Assembly: GCA_963810275.1 (NCBI GenBank)
Contig: CAWENF010000018.1
Span: 24,187-88,186 of the forward strand
Direction: 5' to 3'
DNA from: an uncultured archaeon
GTDB lineage: Archaea; Thermoproteota; Bathyarchaeia; Bathyarchaeales; Bathycorpusculaceae
DNA: 64,000 nt
In this document: one piece after another, positions 43,400-51,823 of the stretch
Numbering within the stretch: position 1 is the first letter of the stretch
How the letters are laid out: every line of letters begins with the position of its first letter
Notes under the pieces: model-generated
The model's input: the letters and a program-made list of their open reading frames with translations, nothing else
What the model was told of the DNA's origin: nothing
Databases searched by the model: none
Made by a program: the position numbers and the translations under genes

Positions 43400-43873
43400 C
43401 TATTTTTGGTTTTGAGGCCGCTGCTGTACTGCTTCAAGCAACTCTGCTGAGGGCGGGGTTGGAACAAATGTAATTTTTATGGTACTTGAAGCTTCGGGTT
43501 TATACGAGTAGGCGTTTTGGTATTTAGCGTCTACAAAGTTAGTTTTGAAAAGATAGTCGCTTCGACTTTTTAGGTTATTAGCGGTTTTTGTCTGCTGGTT
43601 TTTAGTCGTTGCCAATGCCGCTCGGATCTCGATAGTGCTGCTCTGTATGCTTAGGAGCGTGGGAACTACACCAAAAGCGAGGGCGGAACCTTTGATTTCA
43701 CATTTCTCGTTTTTGCCATTCAAAGTTTTTGTGTAGCCAAACGTAATGTCTTTTTCTGCAAGTTCTTTGATACCTTCAATAAACGCGTTGTTTGCCTCGT
43801 TTTGCGAAGTCACCATAGCGAGCAGCAAGTCGCGAATAACATCGCTTAATGTAGCGTTTTCACTCTCAGTCAT
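43400..43873 (-). CDS. DUF2589-like protein, paralogue of 44913-45446
   Basis: Shares IRxLLLxMVxxQNxAN, ALAFGxxPTLLxIQS.TI and VDAKY..xYSY..EASS.I.I...P.PP with 44913-45446. Confidence 0.65.
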   Translation of the reverse strand: MTESENATLSDVIRDLLLAMVTSQNEANNAFIEGIKELAEKDITFGYTKTLNGKNEKCEIKGSALAFGVVPTLLSIQSSTIEIRAALATTKNQQTKTANNLKSRSDYLFKTNFVDAKYQNAYSYKPEASSTIKITFVPTPPSAELLEAVQQRPQNQK

Positions 43874-43890
43874 AGTATTCGCCGTTAGGT

Positions 43891-44634
43891 TTAGGTTCTG
43901 CTTATCACTGTTTTAGCTGAAGTTACCCACCTGGTGGAGTCCTCAAGTGTTAACTTGTAGGTTTTAGGAACCCTCACTTTGCCAGACTGTAACGTATCTT
44001 TGAGAATTGCAACTACTTGTTCAGGCTCCAGTTCGGCGAGTTTCTCTTTGGAGTCAATTTTAGATGCCACAAGCAACTCTGCCACCTGCTCATCTACCCC
44101 GTCCACACCGGCAAGGTCGCTTTTTGCCATCAATTTTGCCATGCTAATGAATTCAGCGGCTTTCTTCTGGGGTACTCCCACTTGGTTTAGCTGCTCTTTT
44201 GATGCTACTGCCAAGTCGCTTACTGTTTCGATACCGATTCCCCGCAGTCGCTCCCCAATTATGGTTCCGATGCCTTCGATAACTTCTACTGGTTTTCTGC
44301 CGATTCCAGTTGATGCCTTAACTTCCAACGGTATGGGGCGAAGAGTGAGGTTTATAGTGCTCATTAGGTTGGGATCTAATTCACCCTGTTTGGTGGGCAA
44401 AGCGAAGAGGGTTTTTTCTCCTTCCTGTGTCACGACAGCCTTGAGTTGCATGGAAAAGTCCGCTAAAACAAACGTGGTTGAGCGATTCTGAGCCATAGCG
44501 TAGTCGTGGACCCGCAACAAATCTTTTTGAATAGAGTTAATTAGGGTCGCGGAGTCAATTTTTGTGGGGAACAAAACCTTGGTTTCTACTACTTTCTTCA
44601 CGTTTCCATCAATACTTGCCATATATTTTTCCAA
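43891..44634 (-). CDS. Trypco/DUF2589-like N-terminal module fused to tandem helix-hairpin-helix (DUF4332-like) domain
   Basis: IEGIGTIIGERLRGIGIETVSDLA and VDGVDEQVAELLVASKIDSKEKLA HhH repeats; N-terminus is helix + FVLADFSMQLKAVV + STINLTLRP. Confidence 0.65.
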   Translation of the reverse strand: MEKYMASIDGNVKKVVETKVLFPTKIDSATLINSIQKDLLRVHDYAMAQNRSTTFVLADFSMQLKAVVTQEGEKTLFALPTKQGELDPNLMSTINLTLRPIPLEVKASTGIGRKPVEVIEGIGTIIGERLRGIGIETVSDLAVASKEQLNQVGVPQKKAAEFISMAKLMAKSDLAGVDGVDEQVAELLVASKIDSKEKLAELEPEQVVAILKDTLQSGKVRVPKTYKLTLEDSTRWVTSAKTVISRT

Positions 44635-44637
44635 CCA

Positions 44638-44898
44638 TTAATGCTGTTGTTTTTGTTTGAGGGTTAGTTTAATTCGGCTTTCATTTCGAAGCCCATAGAG
44701 GTTTCTGGATGTAGGCTCCGAGGAAACAAAGCTCAAATCTGAATCGTAGACCACAGTGCCTTTTATTTCAGCCTCGATTTTTGGAACAGTGAACTGGCTA
44801 TCCTGGTCTTTGCTTGCTTCTGTTGCCTGCTCTAAACCTGTGTTAGCTTCCTGAATCAAGCCTGCAATGAGAGAAAAAAAGGAAAGATAGGCTGTCAT
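44638..44898 (-). CDS. Small Trypco2-like protein
   Basis: Amphipathic helix, then FTVPKIEAEIKGTV and ESRIKLTLK strands. Confidence 0.55.
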   Translation of the reverse strand: MTAYLSFFSLIAGLIQEANTGLEQATEASKDQDSQFTVPKIEAEIKGTVVYDSDLSFVSSEPTSRNLYGLRNESRIKLTLKQKQQH

Positions 44899-44912
44899 GT
44901 TGATTACTATTA

Positions 44913-45446
44913 TTAAGGTGTGCTTGACGATGACGACGAAGATGATGATTCTGCGGCTTTTGGTGTGGTGTCTTCGGTTATTTTCTCGATGGCTTTCATC
45001 AAAGGCGTCGGCGGGGGTGCTGGGGCGACTTTGATTTCTATGAAGCTTGAGGCTTCGACTGAGTATGAGTATTTGCTGGAGTACTTGGCGTCAACAGATG
45101 CCGAGAAGAATGCCCATCCGCCTTTGGCATGCATCTTGACTTCGGCTTCAGTGGTTTTCTGCATGGTAATGACCATTTTTATCTGGATGGTTCCGCTCTG
45201 GATTTGCAGTAGTGTGGGGAGTATGCCAAATGCTAGTGCATTGCCGCTAATGGTGGTTTTGGTGCTGGAGGAGTCGCCTGCTTTGGTGTAGCTAAGGTTG
45301 ACGGGGGTTTCAACGAGGTCTTGTACACCGGCGATGAAAGAAGCGTTTGCGTCGTTTTGGGCCGCAACCATCGATAACAGAAGGTTTCGTATCATTTGAT
45401 CGAATGGCACATTTGCTAGTTCAGTTCCTATTGAGAGGGCTGACAT
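44913..45446 (-). CDS. DUF2589-like protein, first gene of a four-gene operon
   Basis: ELANVPFDQMI...AQ, alternating beta-hairpin TTEAEVKMHAKGGWAFFSASV, YSYSVEASS, poly-Ser tail; SD GAGG upstream. Confidence 0.65.
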   Translation of the reverse strand: MSALSIGTELANVPFDQMIRNLLLSMVAAQNDANASFIAGVQDLVETPVNLSYTKAGDSSSTKTTISGNALAFGILPTLLQIQSGTIQIKMVITMQKTTEAEVKMHAKGGWAFFSASVDAKYSSKYSYSVEASSFIEIKVAPAPPPTPLMKAIEKITEDTTPKAAESSSSSSSSSTP

Positions 45447-45661
45447 GTTGTTTCCTCAAAAAACACTGCCTGTATTACTATTTAAGACTTAACATAAAAT
45501 GTTATTGTAGCCTAATTGTTCAACATACAGGCAAATCCCTCCAGAAAACACGTAAGCTAACGCTTAATGGCGGCTTGGCAGCCAATAACACCATTTTTCT
45601 TTTAAAATCAAGCCCATTAGTGAACAAAACAGTCAAGTATTAACAAAACTATATTATTTTT

Positions 45662-46525
45662 ATGGACTGTTTTTTCCGTGAAAACCACCATTTTTTTGCA
45701 CCATTTTACTCACACCCTTTTTCGGACGTCCTATCCCTGCGAATCTACCCAGATAACCAGCCACACAACCTAAAAATTGCCCCCTTACAAAAAGGCATAA
45801 TTCTATGCTTCGATTCAGTGGAGATTGTTGGGGAAGGCGCAGGGTTTGGAGTTCCTATAGCAAGATACAGTGATGAAACCTATTTTTCAGGCACCTCAAC
45901 CTTGAAGATCAACAAGACAGGCAGCGGCGTCGTTATCCAAAAAGAGTTCCTCTTTGATTTAGTGGCAAGAAACCACTTCCACGACCTAAAACTAGAAAAC
46001 GGAAAACTGCAAAGACAAATCAACGCTATTAACACACTCTACCAACACAGCAAACCCATAGCACATATCACGCTCAAACTAAAACCGATTCTGAACCCTT
46101 TATGCGCCCATTCTTATTATGTCAAAGTAACTCCCCGAGGCAAAGCAGTCGCAACCTACAAGATTAAAAACGGAAAAATCCACATTAATATATGCTTCAG
46201 CCAACTGCGCCGAAGTGGTCTGCAGCAACTGGTGGTTTTAAACGAGCAGGCAGCACATTTCTTCAGAAAATACCGCGACTCAAAGGGTTTGTTGTTAAAG
46301 GATGGGGCAATTGGAGTTTGGGACCCCGTGGATGCAGCATCAGCCGTTTTTTCGGAGCCTCAAAACCGCTGTTCTTTTTGCTTAAAAGCAGTGGAGGGCG
46401 CGAAGATGAGAAGGGGAAGAGAGGCTGCTGCGGGCTATCTGGATTGGGCTGGTTTAGACTACGAACTACCCCCAAAGACTAGCGGGTTTACCTATGATAT
46501 AACCGTTTCAGGATACGAACCATGA
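45662..46525 (+). CDS. Hypothetical protein coupled to a B12 radical SAM gene
   Basis: 287-aa ORF (GEGAGFGVP, NEQAA, RRGRE...LDWAGLDYE); ATGA overlap with the next gene. Confidence 0.65.
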   Translation: MDCFFRENHHFFAPFYSHPFSDVLSLRIYPDNQPHNLKIAPLQKGIILCFDSVEIVGEGAGFGVPIARYSDETYFSGTSTLKINKTGSGVVIQKEFLFDLVARNHFHDLKLENGKLQRQINAINTLYQHSKPIAHITLKLKPILNPLCAHSYYVKVTPRGKAVATYKIKNGKIHINICFSQLRRSGLQQLVVLNEQAAHFFRKYRDSKGLLLKDGAIGVWDPVDAASAVFSEPQNRCSFCLKAVEGAKMRRGREAAAGYLDWAGLDYELPPKTSGFTYDITVSGYEP

Positions 46526-47886
46526 CCAAAATAACCCTGATATACCCATACTTTCACCCTCGCTCCGACACCTCCATTTTCCGTTTCCCACCGCTTGGCC
46601 TAGGCTACATAGCAGCCTACCTAAAAAAACACGGCTTCCAAGCTGAAATTGTGGACTGCACCTTCCTATCCCAAACCTACGCGTTACAGAAGGCAAAGCG
46701 GTCAAAAGCACAGATAATCGGCATACAATCCATGTATTCCATGAAGAAAAAAGCTTTAGAACTAGCCGCACAGCTTCGAGGAGACTGTGATTTGCTGGTT
46801 GCTGGCGGTGCTTTGCCTACTACGGCCCCTGAAGGGTTTCTGGATGCGTTTGATTTGGCGGTGGTCGGCGAAGGGGAGCAGACAATGTTGGAAGTGGCAC
46901 AAACCTTTGAGGGAAACGGTGATTACTCCAAAGTGTCCGGCGTGTTCTACAAAGACAAAGCATCGGGGCAAATCTGCCGAACGCCGCCAAGACCACTTAT
47001 CTCCGACTTAGACACCCTGCCATTGCCTTTGCGCGACATGTTTGACAACCAAGCATACCGAAATTATTACCAGCGCAAATTTGGCTACAAAACCACCGCT
47101 GTTATGTCTTCGCGGGGGTGCCCTTTTAGCTGCGACTTCTGCAGTCGCCCCGTCTTTGGAAACAACTTTCGAGCGCACTCTGCAAAGAGAATTGTGAATG
47201 AAATGGAGGAGGTCGCTGCTTTGGGTTACGATCGGGTTTGGTTTGCCGATGACTGTTTCACGCTAAGCCGCCGAAACCTGTTTGCGGTCTGTGACGAAAT
47301 TTTGCAACGCAACCTGCGGATTGGGTGGGAGTGTCTCTCACGCGTTGACACTTTGGATTTTGAAGTAGCACAAAAGATGAAGACGGCAGGATGCATCAGG
47401 GCATTTTTCGGGCTAGAATCCGGCAACGATGAAGTCCTAAAGTACATGAACAAGCAGATAACTACAGCCCAGGCAAGGCGGGCGGTTGAGTCGTGTAGGG
47501 CGGCAGGTATAAAAACTGGGGCTTTCTTCATTTTGGGCTACCCAGGTGAAAATGCCCAGACCATTCTTGACACTATCAGGTTTGCGTCTTCTTTGCCACT
47601 TGATTACCTCTCCTTTACCTTACCATATCCCATTCCTGGTACGCCTCTTCATGCGCGATTAAACGGACGGCTCTTGTGTGATGAGTGGGAAGAGCCCAAA
47701 AACCTTCAGATGATCAAGCATAAATTACTGTTTGATTCGCAGGTAAGCGAAGCGAAAATGCAGTTCGCCATCGTTAAGGGTATGGGGCAGTTCTACATCC
47801 GAAAGTATCTGGGTAAGGTGGGCTATGCGGTTTTGGGGAGACCCTTGGAGGCGGTTTCGGATGTTGTTTACTGCAAAATGCCCTAA
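46522..47886 (+). CDS. Cobalamin-binding radical SAM protein
   Basis: PPLGLGYIAA, VAGG, VGEGE, SRGCPFSCDFC, DDCFT, GLESG, FILGYPGE, PIPGT. Confidence 0.9.
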   Translation: MTKITLIYPYFHPRSDTSIFRFPPLGLGYIAAYLKKHGFQAEIVDCTFLSQTYALQKAKRSKAQIIGIQSMYSMKKKALELAAQLRGDCDLLVAGGALPTTAPEGFLDAFDLAVVGEGEQTMLEVAQTFEGNGDYSKVSGVFYKDKASGQICRTPPRPLISDLDTLPLPLRDMFDNQAYRNYYQRKFGYKTTAVMSSRGCPFSCDFCSRPVFGNNFRAHSAKRIVNEMEEVAALGYDRVWFADDCFTLSRRNLFAVCDEILQRNLRIGWECLSRVDTLDFEVAQKMKTAGCIRAFFGLESGNDEVLKYMNKQITTAQARRAVESCRAAGIKTGAFFILGYPGENAQTILDTIRFASSLPLDYLSFTLPYPIPGTPLHARLNGRLLCDEWEEPKNLQMIKHKLLFDSQVSEAKMQFAIVKGMGQFYIRKYLGKVGYAVLGRPLEAVSDVVYCKMP

Positions 47887-47995
47887 CTCACTAGCCAATA
47901 TAGGTGTTATCTACTTACCGTACAGATGTCATTAAGGATATAATTGCGCTCGCCTTATTCTGTTACTGCAAAAATTGAGTAGGAGAGGAAAACCT

Positions 47996-48091
47996 ATGAG
48001 TATAACTACTAAAAATAAAGCAGTAGCCTGTTTGAGGCCTCTTTTGAATCTGCGTAAAAAGAAAATTCCTCAAAGGGAGCGTGGCGGTTAA
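47996..48091 (+). CDS. 31-aa leader ORF coupled to the SemiSWEET gene
   Basis: Strong SD AGGAGAGG; stop TAA overlaps the next ATG (TAATG). Confidence 0.35.
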   Translation: MSITTKNKAVACLRPLLNLRKKKIPQRERGG

Positions 48092-48355
48092 TGAGTGCTA
48101 TCGTTACTGAGATTGGGTTACTGGGTGCTTTTGTTTCAACGACTTCTATGTTTCCGCAATTACTAATGGGTTTGGAAGACGAAAGCTGCTAAGGACATTT
48201 CACTTGCTATGTTTCTGATTATGGTTGTTTCTGTTACGCTTTGGCTGACATATGGGTTGCTGTCTAAAGATTTGCCGATTGTAGCTTCAAACATTGTAGT
48301 TGTTGGTCAAGCGATTACGATGTTGACGTTTAAGTTAAGATATAGAGACATATAG
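48091..48355 (+). CDS. SemiSWEET/PQ-loop (MtN3) transporter, frameshifted near 48168; absent from the ORF track
   Basis: IGLLGAFVSTTSMFPQ, then WKTKAAKDISLAMF...LWLTYGLL.KDLPIVASN...FKLRY. Confidence 0.8.
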
Positions 48356-48556
48356 ATTTCGGCGGGTTTGTTTTCCGACTTGTATTTTTTTGTGTTCATT
48401 TTCTCTTTTTGGTTAAAATGGGAAAGATGCTAGCGTTAAATTACATATCAGCGTTAGCACCAATACGAGGATAGTAAAAAAACGTCCAAGTTTGGTTTTA
48501 GTATATAGTTGAGGTTAAATTGCTGATTAACCTTAGCTAAGGCGGATGGCTTTCAT

Positions 48557-49285
48557 TTGCACTTCAACTCCGCCAAACTTCGAAAATACGCTCCCTGGCT
48601 TATGGCCATAGCCGTCAGCATAGTCCTGATCGCCTACGTGGCTGTTGAAGTCTTTGAGTCGCAGCAACCAGGCGCATCAATAACTGGCACGGTCACCTCT
48701 TGGGGGTACGGCGGCGTTTTTTCGTTGATGGTGCTTGAAGCCAGCTCAATGCCTATACCTAGCGAAATTGTGTTACCGTTTGCAGGCTACCTCGTTTCCA
48801 CCGGAAACATAGAATTCACCTGCACTTTGGCTGTGGCTACCATTGGGGCGCTTGTGGGTTCCTTAATCGACTACTACATTGGGTTAAAAGGCGTTGAAAC
48901 CCTCGCTAAGTACAAGCTATTGGGCAGGTCAATTTTTTCTGAGCATCAACTAAAAGTAGCTGCTAACTACTTCGACCGATACGGCTCGGCAATGGTTTTT
49001 GCAGGCAGGTTAGTGCCTGTGCTGCGGACGCTGATTTCTTTCCCGGCGGGCGCCGTCAAAATGCCGCTTGCCAAGTTCTTAGGATACACCCTGGCTGGGT
49101 GCCTTATCTGGAACAGCCTACTAATCTATGTGGGATACTATTTGGGTGGAAACTGGCATGAAGTCGCAAATTACTCTCACTACATAGTCATAGCGGTGGC
49201 GGCGTGCATTGTGGCCGTGATGGGGTATTTTTTCCATAGAAGATATAATAGAAGAAAAAGCTCAAGCCGCAATATAGTATTTTAG
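48557..49285 (+). CDS. DedA-family membrane protein
   Basis: LEASSMPIPSEIVLPFAGY, GRLVPVLRTLISFPAG. Confidence 0.92.
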   Translation: MHFNSAKLRKYAPWLMAIAVSIVLIAYVAVEVFESQQPGASITGTVTSWGYGGVFSLMVLEASSMPIPSEIVLPFAGYLVSTGNIEFTCTLAVATIGALVGSLIDYYIGLKGVETLAKYKLLGRSIFSEHQLKVAANYFDRYGSAMVFAGRLVPVLRTLISFPAGAVKMPLAKFLGYTLAGCLIWNSLLIYVGYYLGGNWHEVANYSHYIVIAVAACIVAVMGYFFHRRYNRRKSSSRNIVF

Positions 49286-50323
49286 CTGAGCACTTCGACT
49301 TTCGGGTTTAATTCGCCTTGAAGTCCTAGCTTTTTGGCTTCGGAAGCCTGCACCATACAGTCCACCTCCGAAGCCCTGTTGAATAGTTCGACTTCGATGG
49401 CGTTTAAGAAGGCTGCGTCGATGCTCACAGCCGAATCTGAAGCAAACACGCCCACGTCCTTCTGCACTATGGCGCCGGGACCAGAGAGGCAGTCACAGCC
49501 CTCAGAAATGTCCTGGGCAAAACTCACGTAGGAAACCTTGCCTGGTTTGAAGGTTTGGAGCACGCCGTAGGCGGCAGAAGCCAGTGAGCGGCAAAGATCC
49601 TGTTTGTTGGTGAAGTGGATAGCATCCATTGGGCAGGCATCTATGCACACGGGACACCGCATGCACTTCTCGGAACGGTTATGTGCTTTACCCTCAATAA
49701 TATCAGGAATTCCAAATGGACAAGCTTCTTTACATTTTCCGCAACCCACACACTTTTCCAAGTCAATTTCAATGCCAATCGCACGATGCTGTTGTAGTTT
49801 GCCCGCCGCGGAGGTACAGCCCATACCCAAGTTTTTTATGGCGCCACCAAATCCGCTTAGCTCATGCCCTTTGCAGTGAGATATTACAATCATGGCATCA
49901 GCTTCTGCGATAGACGCCCGAAACCTCGACTTCACTGAGGAAGCCTTTTGTTTTTACAGTGCGGTAATTCTCGCTTTTCAACCCGTCCGCAACTATGAAC
50001 GGCGCCATGTGGAAGCCGTGCATCGAGGCGGTTTGCATGTGGTCGACCGCGTTATGACGGTTGGCAAGGTACAGTGTGTTGGAGTCTGTGATAAACGGCT
50101 TTCCGCCGCGCAAAGCAACTTGGCGGCAGATTTCGTGCACAAACACTGGCCGCACGTGGAAGGGGTTGCCAATTTCGCCGATATGAACTTTGATGGCAAC
50201 TAAATCGCCTTGCTCGATGCAATCCAATGTGCCTGCAGCGTCGTATAAGAGGTTAGCTTTCTCAAGCAAGTTGAGGCTGGTGTCCCATGGTAAAAGATGA
50301 ACAGACATATACAAATCCCACAT
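49282..50323 (-). CDS. DUF362 Fe-S protein with ferredoxin domain, frameshifted near 49930
   Basis: VAIKVHIGE, PFITDSNTLY, IVADGL; then ISHCKGH..GFGGAIKNLGMGC, CxxCxxCxxxCP twice, CDC, SAVSIDAA. Confidence 0.85.
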
Positions 50324-50408
50324 AAGTAGCTAGGCTGAAAATATAAAAGCAGTATCCCAAAAAATCTATCGTGCACCTTACGATTATAGCAAAATTATTA
50401 AGAAATTC

Positions 50409-51008
50409 TTAGGTTTGGAGGGTTTTTGCCCACTCCAACAGCGCCTCTTTAACTTTGGCAGGATTCTCAAAAACCCGCACGTCCTCAGTAGTCATCAACT
50501 TTCGCACTTGATCAGCTTCTTCTTTACGCACACGAAGTTTCATTTCTTTGCCGTTTGGCAGCTTGGTGTAGATGATGGCTTCCTTGTAGTCCACTGGCAT
50601 AATCCAGACTTGAACAAACGCTTTGAGAGCCATTAAGGCGGAGTTTGTGATTAGTGTGTCGCTTATGCTGTTGACGATTTTTGCAACGGTGTTGGATGAC
50701 GCAGGCATTATTAGCATGAATTTGTATTTGCCGCTTTGCACCAGCCCCGCTAGGAACGGGGAGTTAGAGTTAGCTTCTATCCAGACTTTAGGGAAGGATT
50801 TTTTGAGTTCTCCGTCGAGGCGGTAGAATTTGAGCATGGTGTCAGCGTTTTTGGAGACGTATACGTCAAACTCCACCTTGCCTTCAAGCTGCGCTTTCAC
50901 GTCTTTCATGGTTTCTATAACTTCAGCTATTTTGTCACCTGCGCCTGTTATGCCCCAAGCGACCTTGATTTTTTTAGCTTTAATTTCACTCATCACTTTC
51001 ACTATCAC
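50409..51008 (-). CDS. afpA: Archaeoflavoprotein AfpA-like (HFCD family)
   Basis: KVAWGITGAG, NSPFLAG, PASSNTVAKI...ISDTLITN, MPVD, TKLPNGK...LRVRKE. Confidence 0.82.
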   Translation of the reverse strand: MIVKVMSEIKAKKIKVAWGITGAGDKIAEVIETMKDVKAQLEGKVEFDVYVSKNADTMLKFYRLDGELKKSFPKVWIEANSNSPFLAGLVQSGKYKFMLIMPASSNTVAKIVNSISDTLITNSALMALKAFVQVWIMPVDYKEAIIYTKLPNGKEMKLRVRKEEADQVRKLMTTEDVRVFENPAKVKEALLEWAKTLQT

Positions 51009-51601
51009 TTTGTTTTGTTGCAGTACATGTTTAGGTACTCGTCGAAGCGTTTCACCGTTTTTTTCAAACTGCGAAAACCTTCTTCGTCGGCTTTTATGCC
51101 GTCCATTGTGTCTTTGCTCCAGAAGTTCGCACCCAAGTTTGCACCGAATGGTCCGCCTCCGACTGGTATCATGCCGTTAATGAGATAGAAAGCGTGGATT
51201 TGGAGCATTGCCATTTCTTGTCCTCCTGCGCGATCGCCGCCAGTGGTTAGTCCCATGCCGATTTTGCCTTTAAAGAAATTTATGTCTGCTGCTACGAGAC
51301 TTCGTGTGCGATCCATCACTGTCTTGCATTGTGCGCTTACGCCACCATTGTAGACTGGAGTGGCAAAAATAATGCCTTGCGCTTTTGCGAGCATTGCGTA
51401 GAGGTTTTCAAGGTCGTCTTGAAATGTGCAAACCTTGTTGACTAAGCAGAAGTCGCAATGGATGCAGAATTCCATGTATTTGTTTCGTACATCCCAGAGT
51501 TGGGTTTGGTGCCCTTTAGCATTGAGCATTTCGAGGGCTTTTTCGAGAGCGTATTGGGTGGCTTGTTTTCTTGGACTACAGGATATTCCTACGATATTCA
51601 T
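51005..51601 (-). CDS. Iron-sulfur flavoprotein (Isf/NADPH-dependent FMN reductase family)
   Basis: GISCSPR, CIHCDFC....C...DD, TPVYNG, GGDRAGGQE. Confidence 0.87.
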   Translation of the reverse strand: MNIVGISCSPRKQATQYALEKALEMLNAKGHQTQLWDVRNKYMEFCIHCDFCLVNKVCTFQDDLENLYAMLAKAQGIIFATPVYNGGVSAQCKTVMDRTRSLVAADINFFKGKIGMGLTTGGDRAGGQEMAMLQIHAFYLINGMIPVGGGPFGANLGANFWSKDTMDGIKADEEGFRSLKKTVKRFDEYLNMYCNKTK

Positions 51602-51823
51602 AAACAGACCAATAAAAACGATGGGGTTTTCTCAGATAAGGCTTCCCCCTAAAACGTAAATAGTCAAATATAAGATGATTACCACAAGCCGCCCTAAGTA
51701 GCAGATACGCAAACGCAAAATAGAATTGTGGCTTATTCTTGTTAAAAAAAGCTGGATCCACAGAAATAACTACAAATAAAATAATAATACAGCAAGAAAC
51801 AAAGAAATAAGAGAAGAGTTGGA

